Of a DNA stretch of 64,000 nucleotides, positions 1 to 8,250 are shown one piece after another. A model generated the notes under the pieces. It saw only the letters and a program-made list of their open reading frames with translations, was not told where the DNA came from and did no database searches. The translations under genes and the position numbers were made by a program. The DNA is from an uncultured Rikenella sp. (GTDB taxonomy: Bacteria > Bacteroidota > Bacteroidia > Bacteroidales > VadinHA17): contig CAYPKP010000002.1 in the NCBI GenBank assembly GCA_964411345.1, forward strand, positions 67,312-131,311, written 5' to 3'. Position 1 is the stretch's first letter, and each line of letters opens with the position of its first letter.

Positions 1-481
1 TGTTGACGGTATCAGCCACCATATCCACAATCGGTGTCTCCGGTGTGCCGCTGACTCCGTCCCACTCATTCTCCCTGAAGCCATAGGCAACAAGGTCGAT
101 TGAGGTCATGAAGCTGCCCGACAGGTCCCACAGTGATGCCCTCAGTACCTGTCTGAATGATTCGTGCCCCAGGGTCCAGACGGCGCCGATATCCTGTCCG
201 GAAGAGACATAATGACGTTCCTGTGAGATTGATCCGCCTCCCTGGACAGGCTCGAAAACAACCCTTATCGAATCGATTCTCGCCGTCGTATTTGTGTATA
301 CCTGGAACCATGCTGACACCTCAAGCGACTCTCCCGCCAGTAACCTGGACTCCTGTCTGTTGTAATAAGAGAACTGGTAGTTCTCCAGTATTCTGCGTGA
401 AGGATCTTCAGTGCATGAGGCCATGGCGACCATCATGAGTATAACAAACAATGTCCTTCTCCCGGCATAACATTGTTCCAT
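1..481 (-). CDS. lipoprotein of unknown function (3' end runs off the left edge of the window)
   Basis: Absent from the ORF track because no stop lies in the window. I read the minus-strand register whose codons occupy 479-481 down to 2-4 and found no tta/cta/tca triplet. The ATG (cat at 479-481) gives MEQCYAGRRTLFVILMMVAMASCTEDPSRR..., i.e. a basic n-region, a hydrophobic core and a lipobox-like MASC. No family recognised. Confidence 0.55.
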   Translation of the reverse strand, partial: MEQCYAGRRTLFVILMMVAMASCTEDPSRRILENYQFSYYNRQESRLLAGESLEVSAWFQVYTNTTARIDSIRVVFEPVQGGGSISQERHYVSSGQDIGAVWTLGHESFRQVLRASLWDLSGSFMTSIDLVAYGFRENEWDGVSGTPETPIVDMVADTVN

Positions 482-525
482 AATACGTTTTATGGTCCGG
501 CTGTTCATATCTCTCATCCTGATCT

Positions 526-1926
526 TCATCTGTAAAGAGGAACCTGCACTCCCGCCCGCAGTGTCAGGGCACTGTTTCTTATATATGCATCCTTTGCATT
601 GCCGGGCTCAGGGAATCCACTGGATTCCAGATTGAGAACCCCGGTAAATCCGTGCCTGTATTCTACACCGATATCGAGTTTGAGGTTGCCGTGCAGAGGT
701 ATGGCTACTCCCGCCGCCGCCAGCCACCCGAAGTCGTTCCTCCTGGTCAGTTCAGTAAGGTCATCATGGATCGTAGTCTCTTCGACAGTATAGGATCCGC
801 TGCTGCCGGTTTCCTGAATTGCGGTTCCGGTACAGCGGGCATTGAGTCTGGCAGCAAAGTATGGTCCGGTGCTCAGGGAGAAGGTCTCATTTCTCCCTAT
901 GTGAAAGTCCAGCAAAGCCGGTATGACGGCATAATCAATACTCACCCTGCTGTCAACGTCATAGTCGGGATAGCCATATGCTGACCAGACATGATGGAGG
1001 TAAAAAACATCACTCGAGTCACGCATCGAATAACCCTGCCTTTCAAGGGTCACCCCGGTGCGAAACCATGTCTTTGACCCGGTGATCCTGAAGTTCATCA
1101 TGAAGCCTGCCGACGGTCCTGCAAGGGAAGAGTACTTCTCCTTCAGTATGTCTCCCGAGTTCCATGAGTAATTTGCTCCTGTCCTCCATGTAAGATATAT
1201 ATCATCATTGACCTCTGACGCATCCTTTTTCGGGTCCTCATCCGCAACCGCGCGTTCATCACCGGTCACCCCCAGCCTCCAGATCAGTCCGACGGTCAGG
1301 TCCGTTGACCCGTGTTTCCTGTCAGGCACATTGATCAGAAATCTCCGTCCGGTATTGTATCTACCCCTCACAAAAAGATCAAGGTTATCATGCAGCGGGT
1401 AGTCTAGTCTCATCATGTATGTATAGCCGTAATCGTTCCTGAGAGAATCATCTGAATAGTTATACCATCCGTAATCAACGTCCTGATCCACGGTGAAGGA
1501 GTAGTAGGCACCGGCTCCCAGTGTCAGCGTCGGGTTTGAGGGAATGGTCACCGTAAGCTGCAGGGGCAGGGTGACGAAACTGTAGTTGGAACTCTCTATC
1601 TTGCCTGTATAAGGAGGCATCCAGATAGACGGATACATAAGGTAGATGGCATCGGGGTAATAGTAAGTGTCATACCGGTGATACTCATAGTAAACTGTCG
1701 AATAGTCGACACCTGCGTTCAGCCCCAGTGTCGGGGTCATCTGCCAGCCGGCAAAGAGTCCTGCCGCAGGCCCCGGTTTGGCCTTCCAGTGACCGTAGGT
1801 GGTGGTACTGTGAAGGTCTGAGAAATTGATGCCGGAACCGGCACCCAGATAGAACTTCTGGGGATAAAGGGCTGTGGCCGTGAAACTGAGCAGTAAGACC
1901 AACACAATCTGAAGAGATCTTTTCAT
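526..1926 (-). CDS. outer-membrane beta-barrel protein (family not identified)
   Basis: ORF 526..2037 trimmed to the internal ATG (cat 1924-1926), which yields the signal peptide MKRSLQIVLVLLLSFTATALYPQ. The rest is Gly/Tyr/aromatic-rich with alternating-hydrophobicity strands up to the C terminus (...LTLRAGVQVPLYR). The two halves look like repeated barrel units. Confidence 0.65.
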   Translation of the reverse strand: MKRSLQIVLVLLLSFTATALYPQKFYLGAGSGINFSDLHSTTTYGHWKAKPGPAAGLFAGWQMTPTLGLNAGVDYSTVYYEYHRYDTYYYPDAIYLMYPSIWMPPYTGKIESSNYSFVTLPLQLTVTIPSNPTLTLGAGAYYSFTVDQDVDYGWYNYSDDSLRNDYGYTYMMRLDYPLHDNLDLFVRGRYNTGRRFLINVPDRKHGSTDLTVGLIWRLGVTGDERAVADEDPKKDASEVNDDIYLTWRTGANYSWNSGDILKEKYSSLAGPSAGFMMNFRITGSKTWFRTGVTLERQGYSMRDSSDVFYLHHVWSAYGYPDYDVDSRVSIDYAVIPALLDFHIGRNETFSLSTGPYFAARLNARCTGTAIQETGSSGSYTVEETTIHDDLTELTRRNDFGWLAAAGVAIPLHGNLKLDIGVEYRHGFTGVLNLESSGFPEPGNAKDAYIRNSALTLRAGVQVPLYR

Positions 1927-2092
1927 GGTCAGGATATCAGGGTTGTTTAGTCTGTCTGCCACAAAAACCGTGCCCGCAGCCATCATATCCTGCAAAGAAT
2001 GTCGCGAAACATTAAACAGCCCCGGGCCGGACTGCAAAACAATTCTTTTTATTAATTTTAGTTCTCTAAACTATGAACCATAAATCATTACC

Positions 2093-3727
2093 ATGAGCCA
2101 GAAATATTCTGTCAGTCCCAACGGCGAGAAGTTTGCGTTGCCGAAGCCGGAGGATTATAAAGCTGAGTTTGAAAGCATTAAGAAGCGTGTCGAAAAAGAA
2201 CGTGCCAAAGGCCGCGAGATAGTTGTCGTCATGGGCGTCGGCTTCGTGGGAGCCGTCATGGCTGCTATTGTTGCCGATACCGTCGACAAGAAAGGAAAGC
2301 CGTCGAAGTTTGTGATAGGGATGCAGCGTCCCAGTGCCCGCAGTTTCTGGAAGATACCGATGCTCAACCGCGGTGTCTCACCCGTGAAGGCCGAGGACCC
2401 CGAGGTAGACCCGATGATCGAACGCTGCGTGAATGAGAAGAAGACGCTGATGGCAACATACACCTATGATGTTCTGAAGCTGGCCGATGTGGTTGTTGTG
2501 GATGTGCAGTGCGACTACATCAAGGAGGAGCTCGGCAACGTGCGTGCCGGCCAGACCGATATGGCAGCCCTGGAGGCCTCGCTGGCAGTTATCGCTGAGC
2601 ATATACCCCCGGGGGCGCTGGTGCTGATAGAGACTACCGTAGCGCCTGGCACCACCGAGCAGGTGGCATACCCGATAATGAAAAAGGCATTCAGGAAGCG
2701 TGGCATAAAGAGTGATCCGCTGCTGGCTCACAGCTATGAGAGGGTGATGCCCGGACGTAATTATGTGGCCAGCATACGCGATTTCTGGAGGGTATGCAGC
2801 GGCATCAACGAGGAGGCCAGAAAGCGCGTGGTGAAGTTCCTCACCGAAGTGCTGAACACCGAGAAGTTCCCCCTGACGGTGATGGACCGCCCCATTGAAT
2901 CGGAGACGGCAAAGATAGTGGAGAACAGCTACCGTGCCACCATACTGGCGTTTCTGGACGAGTGGAGCCTCTTCGCAGAACGCAACGGCGTCGACCTTAT
3001 AAAGGTGATAAAGGCCATTAAGATGAGGCCGACACACAGCAACATGATCTTCCCCGGGCCGGGCATAGGCGGCTACTGTCTTCCCAAGGACGGCGGACTG
3101 GGCGTATGGGCATACAAGCACATCCTGGGCTTTGAGGATGACATCTTCCGCATCACTCCCATGGCAATAGATATCAATGATACCCGCGGACTGCACGTGG
3201 GGCAGCTCACCCGCGACGCCCTCCGCAACATGGGCAAGCCTATAGCAGCATCGGACGTGCTGGTGCTGGGAGCTGCATACCGTGAGGATGTGGGCGACAC
3301 GCGCTACAGCGGATCAGAGATCGTCATCCGCAAGCTGGCGGAGATGGGTGCCGAGATCAGAGTCCATGACCCCTACGTGGAACACTGGTGGGAGTTTGAA
3401 CAGCAGGACAGCTACCCGGCGGAGGGACAGAGCAAGGCGCAGTTCTTCCGCAACCAGGAGAAGCTGAAGGAGATAAGGATAGAGCAGAACCTCGACACAG
3501 CCCTTAAGGGTGCCGAGGCAGTAATACTCGCCGTGCCGCACGCCGCCTACCTGGACCTCGACCCCGACATGGTGGTGAAGAAGATAGGACAGCCGGCCGC
3601 CATCATCGACTGCTTCGGGATACTGAGCGATGAAAAAATAAAAAGGTACTTTCAGCTGGGCTGCGAGGTGAAGGGACTGGGAAGGGGACATATACAGAGG
3701 ATCAAGGAGGAGACGCGCAAGTCGTGA
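2093..3727 (+). CDS. nucleotide-sugar dehydrogenase (UDP-glucose/GDP-mannose dehydrogenase family), unusually long (544 aa)
   Basis: Rossmann motif VVVMGVGFVGAVMAAIVAD and the catalytic-Cys motif GIGGYCLPKDG typical of the UDPG/MGDP dehydrogenase family. It has a ~40-aa N-terminal extension and is longer than the usual 390-450 aa. Confidence 0.85.
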   Translation: MSQKYSVSPNGEKFALPKPEDYKAEFESIKKRVEKERAKGREIVVVMGVGFVGAVMAAIVADTVDKKGKPSKFVIGMQRPSARSFWKIPMLNRGVSPVKAEDPEVDPMIERCVNEKKTLMATYTYDVLKLADVVVVDVQCDYIKEELGNVRAGQTDMAALEASLAVIAEHIPPGALVLIETTVAPGTTEQVAYPIMKKAFRKRGIKSDPLLAHSYERVMPGRNYVASIRDFWRVCSGINEEARKRVVKFLTEVLNTEKFPLTVMDRPIESETAKIVENSYRATILAFLDEWSLFAERNGVDLIKVIKAIKMRPTHSNMIFPGPGIGGYCLPKDGGLGVWAYKHILGFEDDIFRITPMAIDINDTRGLHVGQLTRDALRNMGKPIAASDVLVLGAAYREDVGDTRYSGSEIVIRKLAEMGAEIRVHDPYVEHWWEFEQQDSYPAEGQSKAQFFRNQEKLKEIRIEQNLDTALKGAEAVILAVPHAAYLDLDPDMVVKKIGQPAAIIDCFGILSDEKIKRYFQLGCEVKGLGRGHIQRIKEETRKS

Positions 3728-3883
3728 CCCCCGTGCTTCCGGGCTTAAAATGAGACCTTCAGTCCTGACCCTTCGGCGGAGGTGAGATGATATCCGGAAC
3801 GTGTGGACCCGCAACAGTATAACCGAACAATCCGGAAATGATGAGATGGAGAGAAAAAATGCGAAACCCCAAAACAGGTTATC

Positions 3884-4735
3884 ATGAATAGAAAGGTAAA
3901 TGAACTGTATGATGAATACCGCGACGGGAGAGTGAGCCGGCGGGAATTCATGAAGAAGCTTGCCGTGGTCACCGGAGGCACGGCTGCTGCGGTAATAATC
4001 CTTCCCGGCTGCAACGGTGCGGCTGCCAGCCGGCAGAAATCCGGAGCCATAAATCTTATCAATGAATTCATCACCTATCCGGGAGCCACCGGGGAGATGA
4101 GAGCCTATCTCTCCATGCCGGAGGGCAGGGAGAAGCTGCCGGGAGTGATAGTAATTCATGAGAACAGGGGGCTGGTGCCCCACATTCAGGATGTCAACAG
4201 GCGCATGGCCATGGAGGGTTTCATTGCCCTGGCACCTGATGCCATCTCACCTCTCGGCGGGACGCCGGAAGACCAGGACAAGGGCCGTGAGCTTATAGGC
4301 CAGCTCAACCGTGAGGAGACGGTGAAGAACTTTGTTGCCGCAGTAAAATATCTCGAGACCCATCCCCGATCCACTGGCAAGGTTGGCTGTACAGGCTTCT
4401 GCTGGGGCGGAGCCATGACCAACCAGGTGGCGGTCAACTCTCCTGACCTCGACGCTGCCGTTCCCTATTATGGTTCAACCCCGGCACCCGAAGACGTGCC
4501 AAGGATTAAGGCAAAGATAATGGCGCACTACGCTGGCGACGATGAGCGTATCAACGCCGGCATACCCGCCTTCGAGGAGGCGCTGAAGCAGGCAGGTATT
4601 GAGTACCAGATATTCATCTACGAAGGCACCCGGCATGCCTTCAACAATGACACCGGCGAGCGATACAACAAGGAGGCTGCCGATCTTGCATGGGGCAGGA
4701 CAGTCAATTTCTTCAAGGATCAGCTGGGAAGCTAG
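3884..4735 (+). CDS. dienelactone hydrolase family protein with twin-arginine signal
   Basis: Tat-like SRREFMKKLAVVTGGTAAAVIILPGC, then VIVIHENRGL, the nucleophile motif GCTGFCWGG and HAFNND, as in dienelactone hydrolases. Its TAG stop (4733-4735) shares the tetranucleotide CTAG with the stop of the convergent gene (4732-4734). Confidence 0.8.
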   Translation: MNRKVNELYDEYRDGRVSRREFMKKLAVVTGGTAAAVIILPGCNGAAASRQKSGAINLINEFITYPGATGEMRAYLSMPEGREKLPGVIVIHENRGLVPHIQDVNRRMAMEGFIALAPDAISPLGGTPEDQDKGRELIGQLNREETVKNFVAAVKYLETHPRSTGKVGCTGFCWGGAMTNQVAVNSPDLDAAVPYYGSTPAPEDVPRIKAKIMAHYAGDDERINAGIPAFEEALKQAGIEYQIFIYEGTRHAFNNDTGERYNKEAADLAWGRTVNFFKDQLGS

Positions 4736-5871
4736 CGGTCACCTCTCCAGAGGCGGGCCACCTCTTCCACGAAAGGCAGGCAATGGTTGAAGAAATGTTT
4801 GTAACCTTCGCACAGGTAGTTTAATCCCGGCTCGCCGTCAGGGGTTCTTATAAACCGGTTTTTCGGACACTCGCCGTTACAACAATCCCGTACTTCGCAT
4901 TCGCGACAGTAATATGGCAGCGACCTGAACTTGTCCTCACCGAATGCCTTCTGACGGGGATGGTCAAGCATCTCCGCGAGAGAGAGGTCAGTTATGTTTC
5001 CTATCCGGTGAGCGGCATCCACGTAGTGGTCGCACATGTAAAAGTCGCCGTTCATCTCCACCACCGGCACCGCGCCGCATTCAATCCTGAAGATGCAGAG
5101 GGTATGCTCCTGCCTGAATGCGGTTCTCAGGGCCTCCTCAAAGATCTGAACCTTTACCCGGCCGATATCCTTCTCAATCCATTCATCAAAGATCACTTCA
5201 AGAAATTTACCGAACTCAAGTGGCCTGACACTCTGCGGTGTCGCTCTGCCTGAGCCCCTGCCATCCTCCTCAACCAACGGCAGGAAGGTTATATACTGTG
5301 CTCCCAGTTCCCTGAAAAACCGGTATATCTCAAGAGGGTTATCCACATTGTCGTTGCTTACCACACAGAGGAATTCGTGCGGCACGTTGTATTGCTTCAG
5401 TATCTCCAGACCTCTCATCGCCTCCCTGAATGTCCCGCTGCCGTCAACACGGGTCCTGTTGATGTTATGATACCTCTCCGGCCCGTCAATGCTGAGGCCG
5501 ACATAAAAATTCTCCCTGCCCAGAAACCTGCCCCACTCATCATTTATCAACGTTCCGTTGGTCTGGATGCCGTTGCGCACCGTGCTTCCTTCCGGCATGT
5601 ACGCCTCCTCGATGGTCACCGCCTTTCTGAAGAAATCAAGACCTGCCACGGCGGGCTCACCTCCGTGCCAGGAGAAGAATATTTCCGGCTCCGTGGAGGC
5701 CTCAATATGCTGACGTATATACCGTTCCAGCATCTCATCACTCATACGGCTGCCTGGCACGGCTCGGCCAACACCATGTTTTTCAAGATAATAGCAGTAT
5801 GAGCAGTGCAGGTTGCACCTGGCGCCAACCGGTTTGACAAAAACCTGAAATTCCCGTGATACTGAGGCCAT
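4732..5871 (-). CDS. radical SAM/SPASM maturase, anaerobic sulfatase-maturating enzyme-like
   Basis: CNLHCSYCYY (CxxxCxxC radical SAM cluster) plus a Cys-rich C-terminal SPASM-like region (CDHY...CRECEVRDCCNGECPKNR). The start is trimmed to ATG at 5871 (cat 5869-5871, MASVSREFQVFVKP...), which removes the overlap with thrC. Confidence 0.75.
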   Translation of the reverse strand: MASVSREFQVFVKPVGARCNLHCSYCYYLEKHGVGRAVPGSRMSDEMLERYIRQHIEASTEPEIFFSWHGGEPAVAGLDFFRKAVTIEEAYMPEGSTVRNGIQTNGTLINDEWGRFLGRENFYVGLSIDGPERYHNINRTRVDGSGTFREAMRGLEILKQYNVPHEFLCVVSNDNVDNPLEIYRFFRELGAQYITFLPLVEEDGRGSGRATPQSVRPLEFGKFLEVIFDEWIEKDIGRVKVQIFEEALRTAFRQEHTLCIFRIECGAVPVVEMNGDFYMCDHYVDAAHRIGNITDLSLAEMLDHPRQKAFGEDKFRSLPYYCRECEVRDCCNGECPKNRFIRTPDGEPGLNYLCEGYKHFFNHCLPFVEEVARLWRGDR

Positions 5872-5896
5872 GGCTGAGGTTAGTGTATAATTGCGT

Positions 5897-7198
5897 TTAA
5901 CAGGTTGAATATCTGTCGGACAGGAAATCGGCAAGATGCCCGGACCCTGACTTCATGACCAGCGACTTCTTCTCACCCTTCAGGAACCTGCGGAGGCTCT
6001 CCGGGATCCCCACCTCCTTTTCTATCAGGGGCTCCACGGCACCGGTGAACTTCCCAGGATGCGCGGTCTCAACGAATATGCCGCATTTTTCAGGATGACA
6101 CCTCAGGTAACTGTCAAGCCCCAGGCTGGCCACCGCTCCGTGAGGGTCAAGGATATATCCTGTTCCTGCAAACTCCGTCCTGATATGGTCTCTGATCTGT
6201 CCGTCATCGAACCAGTAGCCGGATATGGCCTCTCTGATGCTTCGGAAGTCATCATCAAACAAACGCGTAAGCCTGGGGAAGTTGCCGGGATTTCCTACAT
6301 CCATCGCGCTGGCGATGGTCTGCAAGCTTCCGGCAGGGGTATAGAGACCGGAAGAGAGGTATTCCGGCACCACTTTGTTGATATTCGTTGCCGCCACCAG
6401 GTGGTCAATGCCGAGTCCTGACCGCCATGCCATGGCCGCTGCGGTGATATTGCCGAAATTGCCGCTCGGCACTGATATCACCTGACCGGCACCGGCACGG
6501 CCTACAGCGTAGTAGTAGTAAAAGCTCTGCGGTATCAGCCTGGCAATGTTTATGGAGTTGGCTGAGGTAAGCCTGATTCCGTCGCCGGCATCCTTTGTTG
6601 TCAGGGCACCTTTAACCATCGCCTGGCAGTCGTCAAAGGTACCTTCAACCTCTATGGCTGTGATGTTCTGTCCCAGCGTTGCCATCTGGTTCTCCTGCAG
6701 GAGACTCACCTTGCCCGAGGGATAGAGTATTATGACGTCGACCCCCTCCACCCCCAGGAAGCTGGAGGCTATCGCACCTCCGGTGTCGCCTGAGGTGGCA
6801 ACGAGCACCACCGTCCTCATGCCGTCATGTGATGCGAAATAGCTGAAGCAGCCGGCCATGAACCTGGCTCCGAAGTCCTTGAAAGCCGCAGTGGGACCGT
6901 GGAACAGCTCCAGCACCTGCTTCCTGCCGTCAATCTCTCTCATTACGACGGGGAAGTCAAACGCCCCTGCACATATCCGTTCCAGCTCCCCGGCCGGGAT
7001 GTCGTTCCCCACATACCTGGCGCCGACCTCAACGGCTATCTCCGTCAGCGTGAGCTCCGGAAGGCGTTCAAAGAACGACTGTTCCATCACCGGTATTCTC
7101 TCCGGCATGAACAGACCCATGTCGGATGATATACTCCGCATCACCGCATCGCGGAATCCTGCTTTCTCACGTGGATCTTTGAGGTTATAGTAGCGCAT
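5897..7198 (-). CDS. thrC: threonine synthase
   Basis: 433 aa. PLP-lysine motif TAAFKDFGARF, SGDTGGA and SGNFGN motifs, and overall ThrC length. It lies directly downstream of thrB. Confidence 0.9.
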   Translation of the reverse strand: MRYYNLKDPREKAGFRDAVMRSISSDMGLFMPERIPVMEQSFFERLPELTLTEIAVEVGARYVGNDIPAGELERICAGAFDFPVVMREIDGRKQVLELFHGPTAAFKDFGARFMAGCFSYFASHDGMRTVVLVATSGDTGGAIASSFLGVEGVDVIILYPSGKVSLLQENQMATLGQNITAIEVEGTFDDCQAMVKGALTTKDAGDGIRLTSANSINIARLIPQSFYYYYAVGRAGAGQVISVPSGNFGNITAAAMAWRSGLGIDHLVAATNINKVVPEYLSSGLYTPAGSLQTIASAMDVGNPGNFPRLTRLFDDDFRSIREAISGYWFDDGQIRDHIRTEFAGTGYILDPHGAVASLGLDSYLRCHPEKCGIFVETAHPGKFTGAVEPLIEKEVGIPESLRRFLKGEKKSLVMKSGSGHLADFLSDRYSTC

Positions 7199-7218
7199 CT
7201 TCGGATCTGTTTGAATCT

Positions 7219-8145
7219 TCAGCAGATTATCGCACCCCGGCTGCTGACCGGTGAGAGGTAAGCCTTGAATCCGGTACCCTGGTCATGCATCACCCTGCTC
7301 ATGCTCTCCATCACTGAGATGGCTGAGGCTTCTCCCCTGCAGAGAGCAAACACCGAGGGTCCCGAGCCGGAGATGCCGGCACCCAGAGCCCCGCTCTCCT
7401 GGGCAATTCTCTTCATCGGGCTGAAACCCGGTATCAGTCCTGCCCTCCTGGGCTCGGCAACAAAATCCTCAAGTGACCTGCTGATCAGCTCATAGTCCTC
7501 GCCGTAGAGCCCGGCGACGAGACCACCTACATTGCCCCACTGTCTTACAGCCGTCTCCAGCGGGAGCTGCCGGTCAAGCAGTCGGCGTGCCACCGAGGTC
7601 CTCACCTCGGCATCCGGCAGTATGACCACAACGAAGAGCTCCGGCGGCAGATGCAGCTGTACAACGTCAAGCGGATCATAGCAGCGCACAAGGGTTATCC
7701 CACCAAAAAGCGACGGCGCCACATTGTCGGCATGAGGGGAGCCCGATGCGAGCCTCTCGCCCTCCATGGCAAATCCTACCAGCTCGATGAGAGAGAAGGC
7801 ATTGTCAAACAGCAGGTTGGCACCGTAAGCCGCAGCGGCCGCACTGGCGGCGCTTGAGCCTATGCCGCTGCCGGGATGAATTCCCTTTTCAATGATGACC
7901 CTGAAACCTGCCGTAACACCCATGGCCGTGGACATGGCACGGAGTACAGGCCCGACCACATTCTCCTCCGGATCGAGGCTCAGGGTGTCGCAGCCCCTGA
8001 TGCCGGCAATCTCAATTTTTCCCGTTTCCGTCAGCTCCAGCTCAACAGTGTCAAAGGGCTCATTGATGGCCAACCCCAGCACGTCAAACCCGCAGTTCAG
8101 GTTAGAAACGGTGGCAGGCGCCTTTACCCTTACTCTCCTTCCCAT
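7219..8145 (-). CDS. thrB: homoserine kinase
   Basis: 308 aa. GHMP-kinase ATP motif PGSGIGSSAASAAAA, an N-terminal APATVSNLNCGFDVLG, and a position upstream of thrC. Confidence 0.9.
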   Translation of the reverse strand: MGRRVRVKAPATVSNLNCGFDVLGLAINEPFDTVELELTETGKIEIAGIRGCDTLSLDPEENVVGPVLRAMSTAMGVTAGFRVIIEKGIHPGSGIGSSAASAAAAAYGANLLFDNAFSLIELVGFAMEGERLASGSPHADNVAPSLFGGITLVRCYDPLDVVQLHLPPELFVVVILPDAEVRTSVARRLLDRQLPLETAVRQWGNVGGLVAGLYGEDYELISRSLEDFVAEPRRAGLIPGFSPMKRIAQESGALGAGISGSGPSVFALCRGEASAISVMESMSRVMHDQGTGFKAYLSPVSSRGAIIC

Positions 8146-8171
8146 TTTTGTCAGTTTGTGATCTGCATATG

Positions 8172-8179
8172 CAAAAATA
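8172..8179 (-). promoter_or_regulatory. candidate Bacteroidota -7 box (TATTTTTG) for thrB
   Basis: The plus strand reads caaaaata, i.e. TATTTTTG on the minus strand, matching the TAnnTTTG consensus. It lies 27 nt upstream of the thrB ATG in a divergent intergenic region. Confidence 0.45.
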
Positions 8180-8221
8180 CCTTAAGCCGCAACATTCAGG
8201 GCATTCTATGCGTATTATTTC

Positions 8222-8229
8222 TACTTTTG
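8222..8229 (+). promoter_or_regulatory. candidate Bacteroidota -7 box (TACTTTTG) for the CotH-family gene
   Basis: TACTTTTG matches TAnnTTTG, 22 nt upstream of the ATG at 8251. Confidence 0.45.
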
Positions 8230-8250
8230 GATCATCACCCGGCTTCACCT

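Noticed and set aside
2378-4183. Long minus-strand ORFs (2378..3196, 272 aa; 3314..4183, 289 aa) opposite the dehydrogenase and dienelactone hydrolase genes
   Set aside because: Low-complexity, Arg/His/Gly/Leu-rich translations with no motifs. They lie antisense to genes with clear family signatures, which is typical of spurious antisense ORFs in GC-rich coding DNA.
5872-5934. N-terminal extension of the radical SAM ORF overlapping thrC by 38 nt
   Set aside because: The internal ATG at 5871 gives a normal N terminus just ahead of the CxxxCxxC motif and removes the overlap. The extension has no recognisable feature.
7876-8250. 5' part of the 802-aa ORF (7876..10284) in the supplied track
   Set aside because: It runs antisense through the well-supported thrB gene. 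A signal peptide begins at the internal ATG 8251, preceded by a TACTTTTG box, so the true CDS is 8251..10284.
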